A stretch of DNA of 64,000 nt, taken from NCBI GenBank assembly GCA_951406725.2, contig OX597826.1, positions 14,756,001-14,820,000 on the forward strand, read 5' to 3'. The DNA is from Octopus vulgaris. Its lineage: Eukaryota. Within the stretch, counting starts at the first letter, position 1, and each line of letters opens with the position of its first letter. Position numbers and translations under genes: made by a program. This document shows positions 26,116-39,846 of this stretch, one piece after another. The notes under the pieces were generated by a model. The model was not told the origin of the DNA. It did not search any database and worked only from the letters and a program-made list of their open reading frames with translations.

Positions 26116-26145
26116 GTTATTATCATTATTATCATCATCAATAAT
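25633..26145. repeat. (TTA)n arrays flanking a LINE 3' end
   Basis: Direct reading. Confidence 0.97.
25779..25918 (-). mobile_element. 5'-truncated R4/Dong LINE 3' end (second family; same as 35189-35326)
   Basis: TAHILRRTLSIQ* plus 3' UTR ..GTGAAAGCACGCTATAAAAATAAAACTACTG + (TAA)n. Confidence 0.85.
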
Positions 26146-26991
26146 ATTAATGCGCTAACTTGTTTTTGTACGTACCTGTTGTGTGCGTCACTCTTCGAAG
26201 GAGTAGCAACTGAGAGAGAGGGGGACAGAGAAGAAAGAGGTAGAGATAGTGACAGAGAAAAAAAAAGTGAGAGAGTGAGAAATAAAGAGAGAGAGTGAAA
26301 GAGACAGTGAGTGGTGACAGCGTTCGTTTTGTGTTTTTAAATGTTTATCACATCGCAAGAGAAGTAGATACATAGATACATATACACATTGTTAAATCAA
26401 AAGATGGAGAGAAGAGGGACGCAAAGGAAGTGAAATAGAAGGAGAGAAAGTGAGAGAGACAGTTGATACATGAATCCAAAGAAAGGTTCATACATAAATA
26501 CATACACACAGCAAGTATTGGATGTCAATTTCACTTTTCATTACCACACGAGGATAAACTTAACTCTCAAATGGCTGAGTAATCCTCAGACATGCATAAC
26601 ATTAACGTAGTTCTCAGGGAGATTCAGCCTCACACAGAATATGACTTGGCTGGCTCCTTTGAATTACAGTTACAACTCGAGACATATATATGAATGTATT
26701 TGTGTGGGTATTGTTTAGGTTATTTAAAACGTTTTCAATACTAAGAGTCACGTGGTAGAAATAAACGCAATTACCAAACTTTCATTCATAAATCCATTTA
26801 TTATTTCGTGCTTTTGCATTTCAATTTGTACATTAAGGTTCTTTGAATATGTACGATGTATTTTAAGGTTAAATAATAATTCCGTTTACGTTTGTGTAAC
26901 AGATATTTTGGTTGGATTATATATTCATTGGTATCACATTACTTTCTATATTCTATAACTGTCTCAATATAATTATTAATCATTATTATTA

Positions 26992-27465
26992 TTGAGTGAG
27001 AGAGCAGTTCATGCCATCAAAGTGACACTGGGGTAAAATATACGAAGCCCAGTATACCCATCATGACTACCCGTCTGATAAGGGTACACCAGGCACATGC
27101 ATCACAACCATATGTGCGCGACATGGTGATCTCATATCAAGATAAACAGCACATGACCTTGCAGGTGGAGCCCAGTTAGAATTTTCTTCAGATCGAGTAA
27201 CCCATCCCGCTCAAAAGGTCCCTGAATAAGGGTTGTTTAAGGAAGTTGAACGAAACACCCATGTTTCCAGAGGTGAATTATTCAAACCCCAAAGAATCCT
27301 TCTCAACACATGGCTATGATGCTCCCCCACTACTTCTGCTCGTGATCAGAGATGCACATATCGTCAGCCACTAAGGGACATGCTCAACTGGTTAAGGTCA
27401 AACAACTGACAAGCAAATCTGTGGTATTGAGCAGAATATTTGATGTAGCCCATCTTTTATACCAT
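26992..27465 (-). mobile_element. TAA-tailed non-coding retroposon, 5'-truncated
   Basis: Reverse-complement homologue of about 11470-11931; embedded in (TTA)n. Confidence 0.8.
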
Positions 27466-27474
27466 CTTTATTAA

Positions 27475-27531
<57 letters not shown>

Positions 27532-27703
27532 CGTTATTATTATTATTATCGTTATTATTATTATTATTATTAATATCATTATTATTATTATTAATATTAT
27601 TATTATTATTAGTAGTATTACTATTACTATTATTATTATTATTATTACTATTACTATTACTATTATTATTATTATTATTATTATTATTGTTATTATTATT
27701 ATT

Positions 27704-27735
<32 letters not shown>

Positions 27736-27745
27736 TATTATTATT
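27466..27745. repeat. (TTA)n/(TCA)n microsatellite
   Basis: Direct reading. Confidence 0.97.
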
Positions 27746-29498
27746 TCAGGATACTTATTTTAATTTGTTTTTCTATCACCACTATAAGTATTACTGTTTT
27801 AGAAGTTGGAAAGTGCACTTCTCATCTACTAGGATGGACACATTGCTCATGCCATCATCTGTACCTTGCCTCTGTCTCCAAACTCCACACTAAACCTAAG
27901 CCATATGTCTATTCTTGAACTATTCTAACTTTCCAAATTACAAGATGGTTTGCCTATCTCACTTTACTAAGAAATGTACGAAGATCTTTACCCGTAACTT
28001 GTATATAAATATTGAAAATACTCACAAATCTTCTGAGAAAGTTAACAACAATGATGCATTGTTTGTAACAGTTTTCAATAAAAACTTTTGTGTAGAATAC
28101 AAAATAATCGGTTTCTATTGCCTGTCTCTCTGGCATTCTTTTCTATGACACTAACATCAACACACTAAAGGGTTGAACAAAACCATAAAAGCAACCAAAT
28201 TCCACTCTACTGGTCTTAGAATGAAGGCAATCTGTTAAATCAATGCAAAAATCCAGTACAAATCTGATGTTGCTTTTGAGGGGATCGTTTAACGTATACA
28301 AAGTTTTGTCGTACTTCTATAAAGGTACGGTATTAAGAAAACTTAAAACATTTGCTATTTGAACTGACATTTTCCTAGTTGTTTTTCAAATATCTTCTGT
28401 CATTGATGAATGTGTTATTTGGGAGTTTTCTTCGAACTTTTGCATGAAAGAAGACTTAAACGAAATTAAAAACGACCACCGATTGTGCAAAATTTTCAAA
28501 TCCTGATTCAAATACATCTATAAAGTTCGATGTAATTTATTTTGATGTTCACATATCCTGTGGGTAATTGATTATTTTAATTATAAAATTCTTTACCGGT
28601 TCAATCCATAATACTGATTTCAGTATTCTTAAATCCCAAAAGCATTAATCAGCACAATGAACAGAAAACAATTGATTTTAAGCTTTGTATAAAACAAATA
28701 ATTATTTTTATAATTGACTGTTTCGTCATGAAATTGGACGATATTTTACAGAGTCTGGGAAAAGCGATATGATAAGGTACAATATTGTTAAGATTAAACG
28801 TAAGATTAAAAGACAAATAGATAAAAAAAAAATATGCACGAGAACAGGTTTAATAAACTATTGAAGTCAACAAAGAAACAGTCTAAATAATAGAGTTTTC
28901 TCTCTTCGATGACGAAAGAAATGCTGGAGTACAATGCAGTTATAAATAGTTATATAGAATTTGTAAACATTTTGTGTGTGGGCGAAGCATATTTATATCT
29001 CTATAGAAGTGATAGATACTGAAGCACTACAGATATAGCTAAGACCTCAAATAATCGAACATTTTTCTATAATATCTGTTATTCAACCAGTCTTGTCTTA
29101 TTTTGCAATAACACTGACAGCCATAATGCAGAACCTTCTTAGTAGCATTATTCTAAGCGCAACAATTTGGTTTTCAGCCTTTTATCTCTGAGTTTCTTAC
29201 ACACTAATCTTAGCAATTCCTGTTATGGAAAAAGTTAACTTTTTTCCAGGTTATTAATGAGTTTTATCGTAGGTCTACCAAATGTCTACATACACCATTT
29301 ATGCCTTGAAGTTGCTTTTCAGACAAGTTAACATCTTACAAACTGTAATCTTTTACTTACCTACTATACATTTTTCATCGTGTGATCCGTTTTTAATTGT
29401 ATAAAATACTCTCTTCTAGGTCGATACTCGTATAAAGATTAATTCAGTTTTCTGTAACCCTTACACAGCAATCATCTTACAAATAATGCCAAATCCAG

Positions 29499-29914
29499 GC
29501 GCAGGAGTAGCAGTGTGCATAGGCACTGGAATGGCTGTGTGGTAAGTAGCTTGTTTACCAAGCACATCGTTCCGGGTTCAGTCCCACTGCGTAGCATCTT
29601 GAGCAAGTGTCTTCTACTACAGCCTTGGGCCGACCAAAGCCTTGTGAGTGGATTTGGTAGACGGAAACTGAAAGAAGCCCGTCGTATATATGTGTGTGTA
29701 TATGTTTGTGTGTCTGTGTTTGTACCCCTAACATCGCTTGACAACCGATGCTGGTGTGTTTACGTCCTCGTAACTTAGCGGTTCGGCAAAAGAAACCGAT
29801 AGAATAAGTACTAGGCTTACAAAGAATAAGTCCTGGGGTTGATTTGCTCGACTACATGCGGTGCTCCAGCATGGCCGCAGTCAAATAACTGAAACAAGTA
29901 AAAGAGTAATAGAG
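29499..29914 (+). mobile_element. SINE family A, candidate TSD AATCCAG
   Basis: Full body; AATCCAG on both flanks; short extra segment in the head. Confidence 0.88.
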
Positions 29915-30358
29915 TAATCCAGAATACACAAATAACAATTAGAAAATGGCGGAGAATAAGGATTAAATTACAAAAAAGATGGCGTTAAGTACATTAAAGT
30001 TGGCATTAAAAGGGTGCATAAAATGCTGAAAATGTATAAAACAGAGAATATTCAATGTAATGTTGTCCGTTCAATACATCAAATATATTATTTTTGATTA
30101 AATGGGAAAGAGAAATAATATACAAATAAATTAACATAAATTTAAAATATTGAATGAAACTCTTAGAAAATGTATTAATATAATTTAGAATAAAATAGAT
30201 GAAGTGACTTCATTCGTCTTTTAGAGACCAGCTACGATTAAGCCACTCCTTCTAGATAAGCCACTCAAGTTCGAAGAATGATAATATAGCTCTGCTTCTG
30301 AAGCAAAATATAATTTTACTGCTTTTAACCATTTCTAAATCTATAATTAAAATATATA

Positions 30359-30529
30359 GGCGCGGGAGTGGCTGTGTGGTAAGTAGCTTGCTAACCAACC
30401 ACATGGTTCCGGGTTCAGTCCCACTGCGTGGCATCTTGGGCAAGTGTCTTCTGCTATAGCCTCGGGCCGACCAATGCCTTGTGAGTGGATTTGGTAGACG
30501 GAAACTGAAAGAAGCCCGTCGTATATATG

Positions 30530-30560
<31 letters not shown>

Positions 30561-30778
30561 TTGTGTGTCTGTGTTTGTCCCCCTAGCATTGCTTGACAAT
30601 CGATGCTGGTGTGTTTACGTCCACGTCACTTAGCGGTTCGGCAAAAGAGACCGATAGAATAAGTACTAGGCTTACAAAGAATAAGTCCCGGGGTCGATTT
30701 GCTCGACTAAAGGCGGTGCTCCAGCATGGCCGCAGTCAAATGACTGAAACAAGTAAAAGAGAAAAAGAGAAAGAAAGT
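30359..30778 (+). mobile_element. SINE family A, full length
   Basis: Matches the family A copies throughout. Confidence 0.9.
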
Positions 30779-31605
30779 ACGTTGTCATATGCTGAATTTT
30801 AAACACTGATCTATTCAATAACACTTAATAAACTTTCGCTCAGCATTTAGAACAACAAAATTGGTCAAAATGCCACAAAATCATAGTTAAATCAATCCGG
30901 GTGTGGAAACAAAATTTCCTGAACAGCAGACTACGATAAAATTACTAATTGCATTTTGTATCCGTTACACACAAGCACAGGTGTTCCTGCAGGATGTATT
31001 ATAGGTCCAGTATGGTATTCCATCTACACGCACGTTTACATTACCATCAACGACAACATTTACAGTTAGCTAACAACAAAGATGCTGTCGGCCTTGTATC
31101 GGAAAAATTCATTTAAGCAAGTACGATTCAGTGATTGATTTTCTTGGCGAAAATATTGGCCAAGTGTCAACGACATAGCCTCTATACGTTCACTTTGAAC
31201 TGCTATAAAGAGCAGTGATATCTTCCTCAAATCAAGCCATAATATGATGGACACGTTGGATAATGTACTCTTAGAAATTCTACGTAGAGAAAAACATGGG
31301 CAAGTACTGACTAGATTCCTTTGGTCATATGTCTGCTAGATGAAAGGTTATACAATAGCTAAATATAACCAAACAAAAACAATGATCGAAGCTCCGATAA
31401 AAACTAAAGGGGTCGAGTTTTTACTTCACAAAACTGAGATGAAAACACGACTTCATTTAAAAAATGAAAGAAAATTATGATTTGGAAATATCGCTACTTT
31501 ATACCTGCTTGATAATATAAAAATTATCAACAATAATAAGAATGATAATAAAAATGATATTATTAATACTAATAATGTAACAACAACGACAACAACAATA
31601 ATAAT

Positions 31606-31794
31606 ACTTTCTACTAAAGGCACAAAGCCTGAAATTTAGTGGGTGTAAGTTTTTCACTTTCTCTTCATTTATTGACCCCGAAAAAATAAAAGGCAAAGTT
31701 GATCGCAGCAGAATTTGAAATCAGAGTATAAAGGCCAACAAAATGCCGCTAAGCATTTTCCCGGCGTACTAACGATTCTGCAAGCTCACCGCCT
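31606..31794 (-). mobile_element. SINE family B, decayed
   Basis: TTGACCCCGAAA..AAAGGCAAAGTTGA..ATTTGAAATCAGA..CTAACGATTCTGCAAGCTCACCGCC. Confidence 0.75.
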
Positions 31795-31963
<169 letters not shown>

Positions 31964-31964
31964 A

Positions 31965-34900
31965 GATTGACATCTGGAGCAAAGACAGGGAGCATGAACT
32001 GAAACAAACAGTAGTCTCTCCAAAACAGGCAGAACTAGTCATTTTAGTTAGGGAAATGAAGGAAATCAAAAAAAAATGAGCAACTGGAAGGCCCCGGGAC
32101 CAGATGGAGTTCATGTCTACTGGATCAAAATATATGGTGAATGTCATGCACGAATAGCTGCGCAACTCAACTCCTTGTTAGATGCCGACCAAGTAACACC
32201 AGAGTGGATGACAATGGATAGCACAGTGCTAAAAAGATTGATCGATGGAAATTGAACCAAGAAACGAAAAATGTCATTCTGAAATACATCAGAAAAAACA
32301 CCACAGAAGCAAATAACTTGATCAAGGCAGCAAGCATTACTGTAGCAGAAAACGTGGGTGTTGTTATCAAGAAAAAGAAACACAATGGGAGTGACAAAAG
32401 AAAAGATCCATGGTGGAAAAGAAGAATCCAGGCAGGGTTAGACATGCTCTCGAAGGAAATCTCTGTTTGACCGAAAAGAGAAAGGGGAGCTTAAAAGCGA
32501 ACAAAAATACGGGGCACTGAAAAGGAAGAATAATATTGAAAGAAAGGGCCTAAAAGTAGTAATGGAGGAACTGAAACAGCACCTCATTGTAAAGAGAGCA
32601 AAGATGGTAATATACGACCAAAGAATGAAGTATTACCAACAGAATAGGTTATTCAGAGTAGATCAGAAGAGATTCTATAAATAAATAAATGGAGAGTGTA
32701 CAGATAAAAATTGATACCAGATAACATTGAAAGTCAAAGAGTTTTGAGTAACATCTGGAGCAAAGACAAGGAGCACAAGAAGGATGCTGAATGGTTGCAA
32801 GAACTGAAACAAATAGTAGTCTCTCCAAAACAGGCAGAACTAGTCATTTCAGTTAAGGAAGTGAAGGAAATCAGCGAAAAATGAGCGACCATCTGGGACC
32901 AGATGGAGTTCAAGGCTACGAATAGCCGCGCAACTCAGCACCTTATTAAATGCCGACCAAGAAACACCAGAGTAGTTAACATTGGTAGGACAGTGCTGTG
33001 CCTGAAAAACATGGAAAAATGCAATACAGTAAACAATTACAGGCCGATATACTGTTTCATACTTATGTGGAAGTTATTGACTGGAATACTCGCAGAGTCA
33101 ATGTACAAACATCTGGAAAAAAATGGAGTCCTGCCACATGAGCAGAAGTGTTGCAAGCGTAAGTGCAGAGGTACCAAGGATCAACTCCTGGTAGACAAAA
33201 CTGTACTTAGAGACTGCAAGAGGAGAAAAAGTAACTTAGCCATGTCATAGATCGACTATTGTAAAGCGTACGATATGATCCCACATTCTTGGATTATGGA
33301 GTATATGAACCTATTTGGTTTTGAATCAAATGTTGAGCACTTGCTTGAAAAAAGCATGGCGAATTGGGGAGACGGACCTGACAGCATACGGAAGAAGTTT
33401 AGGGACAGTAGAAATTAAGAGGGGCATCTTCCAAGGGGACAGCTTTCCCCACTGATCTTTGTACTGTGCTTGATACCACTAACACTGATTCTGAGGAAAG
33501 TAAAAGCTGAGTATGTATTCAAAAGACGCCAACAAAAAGTCAATCATTTGTTATTCATGGATGATCCTAAACTTTATGGTAAAGATGAATCCCAAGTCAG
33601 CTCCCTCGTTGATAGGGTGTATACTTTCAGTGCTGATACCAGAATGGAGTTAAGACTGAGAAAGTGTGATGTGTTAGTCTTGAAAAGAGGCAAAATCAAA
33701 TGTATGGACGGGCTAACGATACGGTTGGGGGGAGGCTATGAAGCAGATAGAAGAGACGGGTTATAAGTACTTGGGGATATTGGAGATGAATATATTGATG
33801 GAGAAAGAAATTACAAAAAAATTTAAGGTAGACTACTTGCGCAGACTGAGACTGACCCTAATTCGAAATTAAATGGACGGAATCAGATCAAAGCTATTAA
33901 CATCTGGGTGGTTTCACTTCTTAGATATGAGCAGGGGTAATCGCATGGACAGTTGACGAACTAAACAGCTTAGACAGAAAGACAAGGAATTTGTTAACTA
34001 GATATGGGTCACTCGACCTACAGGTGGCACAGACAGACTGTATGTACCAAGAAAAGGAGGAGGAAGTGGATTTATTGAATACGAACACAGCATTAGAGTT
34101 GAAGAAAATAACATAGCATGGTAAATAAAAATGCCACAGAATCGCTATTATTAGCAGTAGGAAGGTTAAGCTTGTGTAGGATGAAAGATTGCAAAGATAA
34201 AGCACTATTCAAGAAATTGATAACGAATGAAACTGAAAACAAGTGGGTAAAGAAAAGAATGCATGGTCAATTTCATAGGGATGCTAAAGATAAGACAGAC
34301 AGAGAAAAAAGATGGCTGTGGATGACTAAAAGTGATTTAAAACCGGAAACGGAGGCTCTAATCTGTGCTGCTTAAGAGCAATCACTAAAAACAAACTACA
34401 TAAAATACAGAATAGATAACACATCAGAAAATGATAAGTGCAGAATCTGTGGACAAAACGGTGAATCCGTATGGCATATTACCAGCCAATGTACGCCACT
34501 AACCCAGAAGGAATAGAAGAGACGTCACAACAATATAGCCAGGCTTTTCCATTGGACACTCTGCAACAGGAATGGACTTGACAGAGCAAAAAATTGGTAC
34601 GACCACAAGCTAGAAGGCATCGTCGAAAATAGAAATGCAAAGATTATATGGGATTTTATAATTCAATGCGACCATGAGATAGAGAATAGGGTGCCAGACA
34701 TAGTTTTAAATGAGAGAGTAAACAAACGATGCTGGATCATAGATATAGCATGCCCAGCTGACAAGGTATGCGATAAGGAAGAAACAAAAGTTGAGAAATA
34801 TGACAGGTTAGCTTGGGAGTAAAGCAGTTATGGCCGATGAAAAAGGTGGTAGTGGTACCAATAATTGTCAGAGCTCTAGGAGCAGTGAGCAAAAACCTCG

Positions 34901-35080
34901 AGAAGTACGTGGAACAAATAGGAGTGCAATAAAGTATGAGCACTTGCAGAAAACAGCACTGCTTGGAACCGCTCGAATACTCTGGAAGCTACTCGAAAAA
35001 TAAGAGGTGTTACCTTAGTTCACGGGTAGTGAACAGCTGACACTGTAGAACATCTCCAGCGTTAGAAGCTGTGCAAAGCC
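31965..35080 (+). mobile_element. R4/Dong-clade non-LTR retrotransposon (RT, CCHC, RLE endonuclease), 5'-truncated and pseudogenised
   Basis: [37 protein letters not shown], RGIFQGDSFPxLIF, HLLFMDDxKLY, MHGQF, LKPETEALICAA, CRIC..E..HI..C, WDFxIQCDH..RxPDIV..IDIACP..HLQKTALLGTARIL; (TAA)n tail; many stops and frameshifts. Confidence 0.92.
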
Positions 35081-35406
<326 letters not shown>

Positions 35407-35407
35407 C

Positions 35408-35810
35408 CTACTCATTGATATAATCGATATAAATGTATCTGTCAAGACCTGCCAAAAGCTGAGCAAGTATAAAGATCTTGAAATAGAAATTGGCAAAATG
35501 TGGTGCCTCAAGACTAAAACAAAGCCTGTTGCATAGGAAACGCCAAAATGGCAGTAATTGAAAAGACAGTGCTCATGGGAACTGCCCATATCCTGCATAA
35601 AATACTGTCTGTGTAATCTCAAAATTTAAAACAAACTCACAATTTTCTTATGTTTTCTTAAACAATCTCTAGAACAATACTATGTGAAAAAATCAAAAAT
35701 ATATCTCCCTAAGCAACTCACTACCATTAACTTCCAGCTTGTTGTCTCGTGAGGTGTCTAGCTGAGACTTGGAGCCAACTTGTACAAATACCAAGCAAAA
35801 GTCAAACAAA
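35408..35810 (+). mobile_element. R4/Dong LINE 3' fragment (third family)
   Basis: LLID..NVSVKTCQKLSKYKDLEIEIGKMWCLKTKTKPV..VLMGTAHILHKILSV* plus 3' UTR and (TAC)(TAA)n. Confidence 0.85.
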
Positions 35811-35828
35811 TACTACTACTACTACTAC

Positions 35829-35862
<34 letters not shown>

Positions 35863-35956
35863 GATGATGATGATGATGATGAAGATAATGATAATGATAA
35901 TAACAACAACAATAATAATAATAATAACAATAATAATAATAATAATAATAATAGTA

Positions 35957-36026
35957 ATGGGTATACTGGGCTTCGTATATTTGTACCCCAGTGTCACTTT
36001 GATGGCATGCACTGCTCTCTCACTCA
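35957..36026 (+). mobile_element. 3' end of the TAA-tailed retroposon family (11384 type)
   Basis: GGGTATACTGGGCTTCGTATATT..CCCCAGTGTCACTTTGATGGCATGCACTGCTCTCTCACTC + (TAA)n. Confidence 0.85.
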
Positions 36027-36041
36027 ATAATAATGATGATG

Positions 36042-36126
<85 letters not shown>

Positions 36127-36195
36127 TTTAATAACAATGATAATAATTAGTAAATAAGAAATAGTGACTTTGTTGTGCTTAGGGACAGTCGTTAT

Positions 36196-36427
36196 ACACA
36201 CTGGTTCAATCCACTTCCTTTCTTTATTATTAGTCAGTTAGTTAATTATTTCAACTAAGCAATTTGTTTTGCTTTTGTTCGTCAAAGCTCTTTCGTTGCT
36301 ACTTGAAAATTTTACAAGTACCAACGAAAGAAATTTCTCGATTAAAGGCAAAACAAATTAGTTAATTGGATATTTAACCAATAATTGACTAATAATAAAG
36401 GAAAGAAGTGGAATTGAACCAGTGTGT
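36196..36427. mobile_element. Palindromic MITE or foldback element
   Basis: ~110-bp imperfect inverted arms, ACACACTGGTTCAAT..CTTTCGTTGCTACTTG and CAAGTACCAACGAAAG..ATTGAACCAGTGTGT, with almost no spacer. Confidence 0.8.
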
Positions 36428-37200
36428 GTGTTAATTATATTGGCATAATGTCTATCTCTAGACGCGACAAAATGTGTTTAAGGAAAAATTTTAAAATAAA
36501 GGGAAATTACTAGGAATTAATCTGAAAACAATAAATCCCATAAATAAAATATTCAAAACGAAAAATAAAAGGTGGAAAAAAAAAAAAACACCCCTTAATC
36601 ACAAATACGTAAAATACTCACATCCAATGAATTTCAAGAACGGGGAAAATTAGAAACTTTATTAAAAGCAGTAGATTCCATTGCCGTAAGAGAACTGGTC
36701 AAATTATCACAAAAAAAAAGAAAAGAAAAATTACTTCACATGTTAAAGTGACATAGAAATACTTAAAAAGAAATGAAATAAAGTGAAATTTGTTTAATGA
36801 AAAACTGAATAAACATGAAAAGAGATTTACCGTAATATATGAAAACTAACCAATGAGCTGACTTTCCTTAGATGCAGCAGAATATTGCATCTATGGCAAT
36901 CTCAACATGAGTAAGTTGATAGATATATGATGAAATTCTGACAATGCTTTTAAGAAATATAACAGAAGTTAATGTTACCACACCTATGCATTATAAATCT
37001 TTAACATGACACATCTATATTATCGTTTTCAGTTTCAACACATGATATTAGACTGAGTCACATGTCAAGCAAGGCAATTCACATGTATCTCTAATGCCTG
37101 GTAGTAAAGCATTCTGTAATTCAACTAGTTTTGACAAACGTTTTATCCAACTGATTTTCGTAATGTAATATTAATGAATTTGCATATAAATATATTCATA

Positions 37201-38477
37201 TGGGGTGGAATCAAAACGTTCCCGACTAATTATGTTCAATAAAAAAATATCTTATTTACTTTAGTTTTAACATCATCTCATTCAAAATAGTCACTTTGTG
37301 CAGTGATGCACCGGTCCCAGCATTCTTACCAGTTTGGGAATCAGGCTTGGAAGTCGTTTTCCGTAATCGAGTCTTAGACCTTGTTATTCACTCTTGATCT
37401 TCACAACGGTGTTAACGGTGACCGTTCAGCTGCATTTTCATTTTGGGGAAGAGATGGAAGTCCGTAAGTGCTAAATCTGGCTAATAGGGCAGGTGCGGAC
37501 CCAATTCCATATTGATTTTGTTGAAAAACTCACGAGTAAGAAGAGTTCGGTGACTGGTTGCATTGTCGTCGTAAAGAATCCATTTCTGTGCACTCCACAG
37601 ATCCGGTCACTTTCGCCGAATGTCCTCCCTCAAACACTTCAAAACATGGTCTGACCCTGGGGGACGAAATCTCGATACACAATATCGCAGATGTCGAAAA
37701 AAGCGATGAGCGTACGCTTGATTGAGCTACGGCTCTGTCATGCCTTCTTCGCTCGTGGCAATGAAGGGTTCTTCCATTGTGACGACTGCTGCTTCGTCTC
37801 AGAGTCGTACCCGTAGACTCAACTCTCGTCACCGGTGATGACCCTCGACATGAATGATGGTCACCAGCAGCATGCTGTCGGATATTTTGGCAGACTTCGA
37901 AGCGATGTTCTTTCTGCTCAGTAGTCTGCAGGTGGGAACAAACTTCACAGAGACATGCCACTTGTTCATTTCTGACATTAGGATTGTCTGTACGGGCCCA
38001 CACGACTGACCAACAACATCAGCAATGTCGTTGGTTGTCTTCCAACAATCTTCATGCACAATCCGATGAATTATCTCCACACTTCCGAGGTGACGCGTGT
38101 GGCAGGTCTCCCAGATCGATCGTCGTCTCCCAGGGAGGTTCTTTCGCTTTTGTAGCACCAGTGCCATCCGAAGCATTACGTACGACACATTGCCTCGTCT
38201 CCGCAAACTTGCTGAAGCATGCTTAATATTTTTCTAGAAGGCTTTAACGCAAAATTTCACGTCGACTCTTTGGTCCAGCTTCCTGTCATTGACAAAATCG
38301 CAGACTGCAGCATTCACGTGATCACAAAAACACAAATTTCACAACTTACGAAGTAACCACAACGATGTCACTCGGCACACTGCCTCATAAAAGTTACTGC
38401 TGGCTCTCATTGCACAATCAAGCGTTCGCTACCGTCCAGCAGAGCAGAAGTGGCCCGTGAACTTTCTAATAACACTT
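37201..38477 (-). mobile_element. mariner transposon, near full length, decayed transposase
   Basis: HVSVKFVP, VITGDES*VYGYDSETKQQSSQWK, HxPY*PDLAxxDFHLFPKMK motifs; degenerate TIRs at about 37201-37230 and 38449-38477. Confidence 0.9.
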
Positions 38478-38789
38478 TTTATTAAATAATTTCTGTATTG
38501 TCGAACTACTAAACTTTTTAATCAGTAGTTAAATGAAACTAATGTAATAAATATGTGTGGTAGCCTTATTATCGAACTTTCCACTGTAGTTTACCTTTAA
38601 TTTTGTTCGTAAACTCTGGCAAAGTAAACTGGTTGTGAAAAATCTGTAATGCTCGACGATGAAAAATCAGTTGTTTGACTAAAATGTGAAATTGGTGTTA
38701 GTGGATGAGAATTACTCAGACAAAGAGATGGGAGACCTTTCCTTGATTTATTTTTATTTTGTGAGTTACTTTGAGAAAAAAGTTAGGGG

Positions 38790-38950
38790 ATAGAAAGAAA
38801 GAAGATCGATCTAATACGAGTACTTTTTTTATTGATCCTGGGAATACGAAGAGTAGAGTTGATCATGGAACGGCTTGAACTCATTGCACAGAGAGTCGGA
38901 ACGAATATCTTAAGGCAATCATCCAACCCTGTAACAATTCTGCCAATTGA
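38790..38950 (-). mobile_element. SINE family B, highly decayed
   Basis: GTACTT..TTTATTGATCC..GAAGAGTAGAGTTGA..TTGAACTCA..AACAATTCTGCCA. Confidence 0.5.
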
Positions 38951-39627
38951 TTTCCCTTCTAAAATACTTTAATTTAGTTTTGACAGCTGCTAAGAGAGAA
39001 ATACAAGGATAATACTATGTTCACATAGGGAAAATATCTTTTTCATCTTTAACAATGAAAACTTAGAGCATTTTTAGTTTGATTGGATTATTATATTGTT
39101 TCCACTTAATTTTACATCTATTTTCACTTCTGAAACTGTGAAATGTATTCTGTTCTATTCTTTGTATTCTTGATTTATTTTCAGTTTGTGAGTTAGAGTG
39201 GCAGGAATCGTACAAGTAGTTGGGGGCAAGTAAGCAAGTCTTGTTTGTTTAGTGTTTCAGGCTACTTTATTCAAATTATGTTAGCATGTGATATTGATTT
39301 TTTTTTTCACTGTTTAGGTTTTGAATAGGATTCTGACATGACTTCCTTGAGAAGTGCAGTTGTATCATCAGCGAAATAGAATGTGAATAAATTGATGCAT
39401 AGCATTTATATGGATCAGAAATTAACATTTTTCGACAACTGACTTTTCCAGAATATGATTAGCAATACTAGTTCATAGTTTTTACTGTCTGCTGGTGATG
39501 TTTAGTGTTCATCAAAGTACTCTGTATTAAACTCATTGCAAGCAGATCATCCGCCACGGGATGCACACGTCCATTGCCCATTTAAACGGGGACCTCATGA
39601 TTTGGAATACATAATTTTAAAGACATA

Positions 39628-39674
39628 TATCTATCTATCTTTCTCTCTGTCTACCTACCTACCTACCTACCTAC

Positions 39675-39741
<67 letters not shown>

Positions 39742-39807
39742 GCTAGCTAGCTAGCTAGCTAGCTAGCTACCTATCTATCTATCTATCTATGTATCTGTCT
39801 GTCTGTC

Positions 39808-39843
<36 letters not shown>
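39628..39843. repeat. (CTAC)n(CTAT)n(CTAG)n(TA)n compound microsatellite
   Basis: Direct reading. Confidence 0.97.

Positions 39844-39846
<3 letters not shown>

Noticed and set aside
27900-29400. Possible ancient DNA-transposase relic in AT-rich unique DNA
   Set aside because: Only vague motif echoes; cannot be supported without a profile search.
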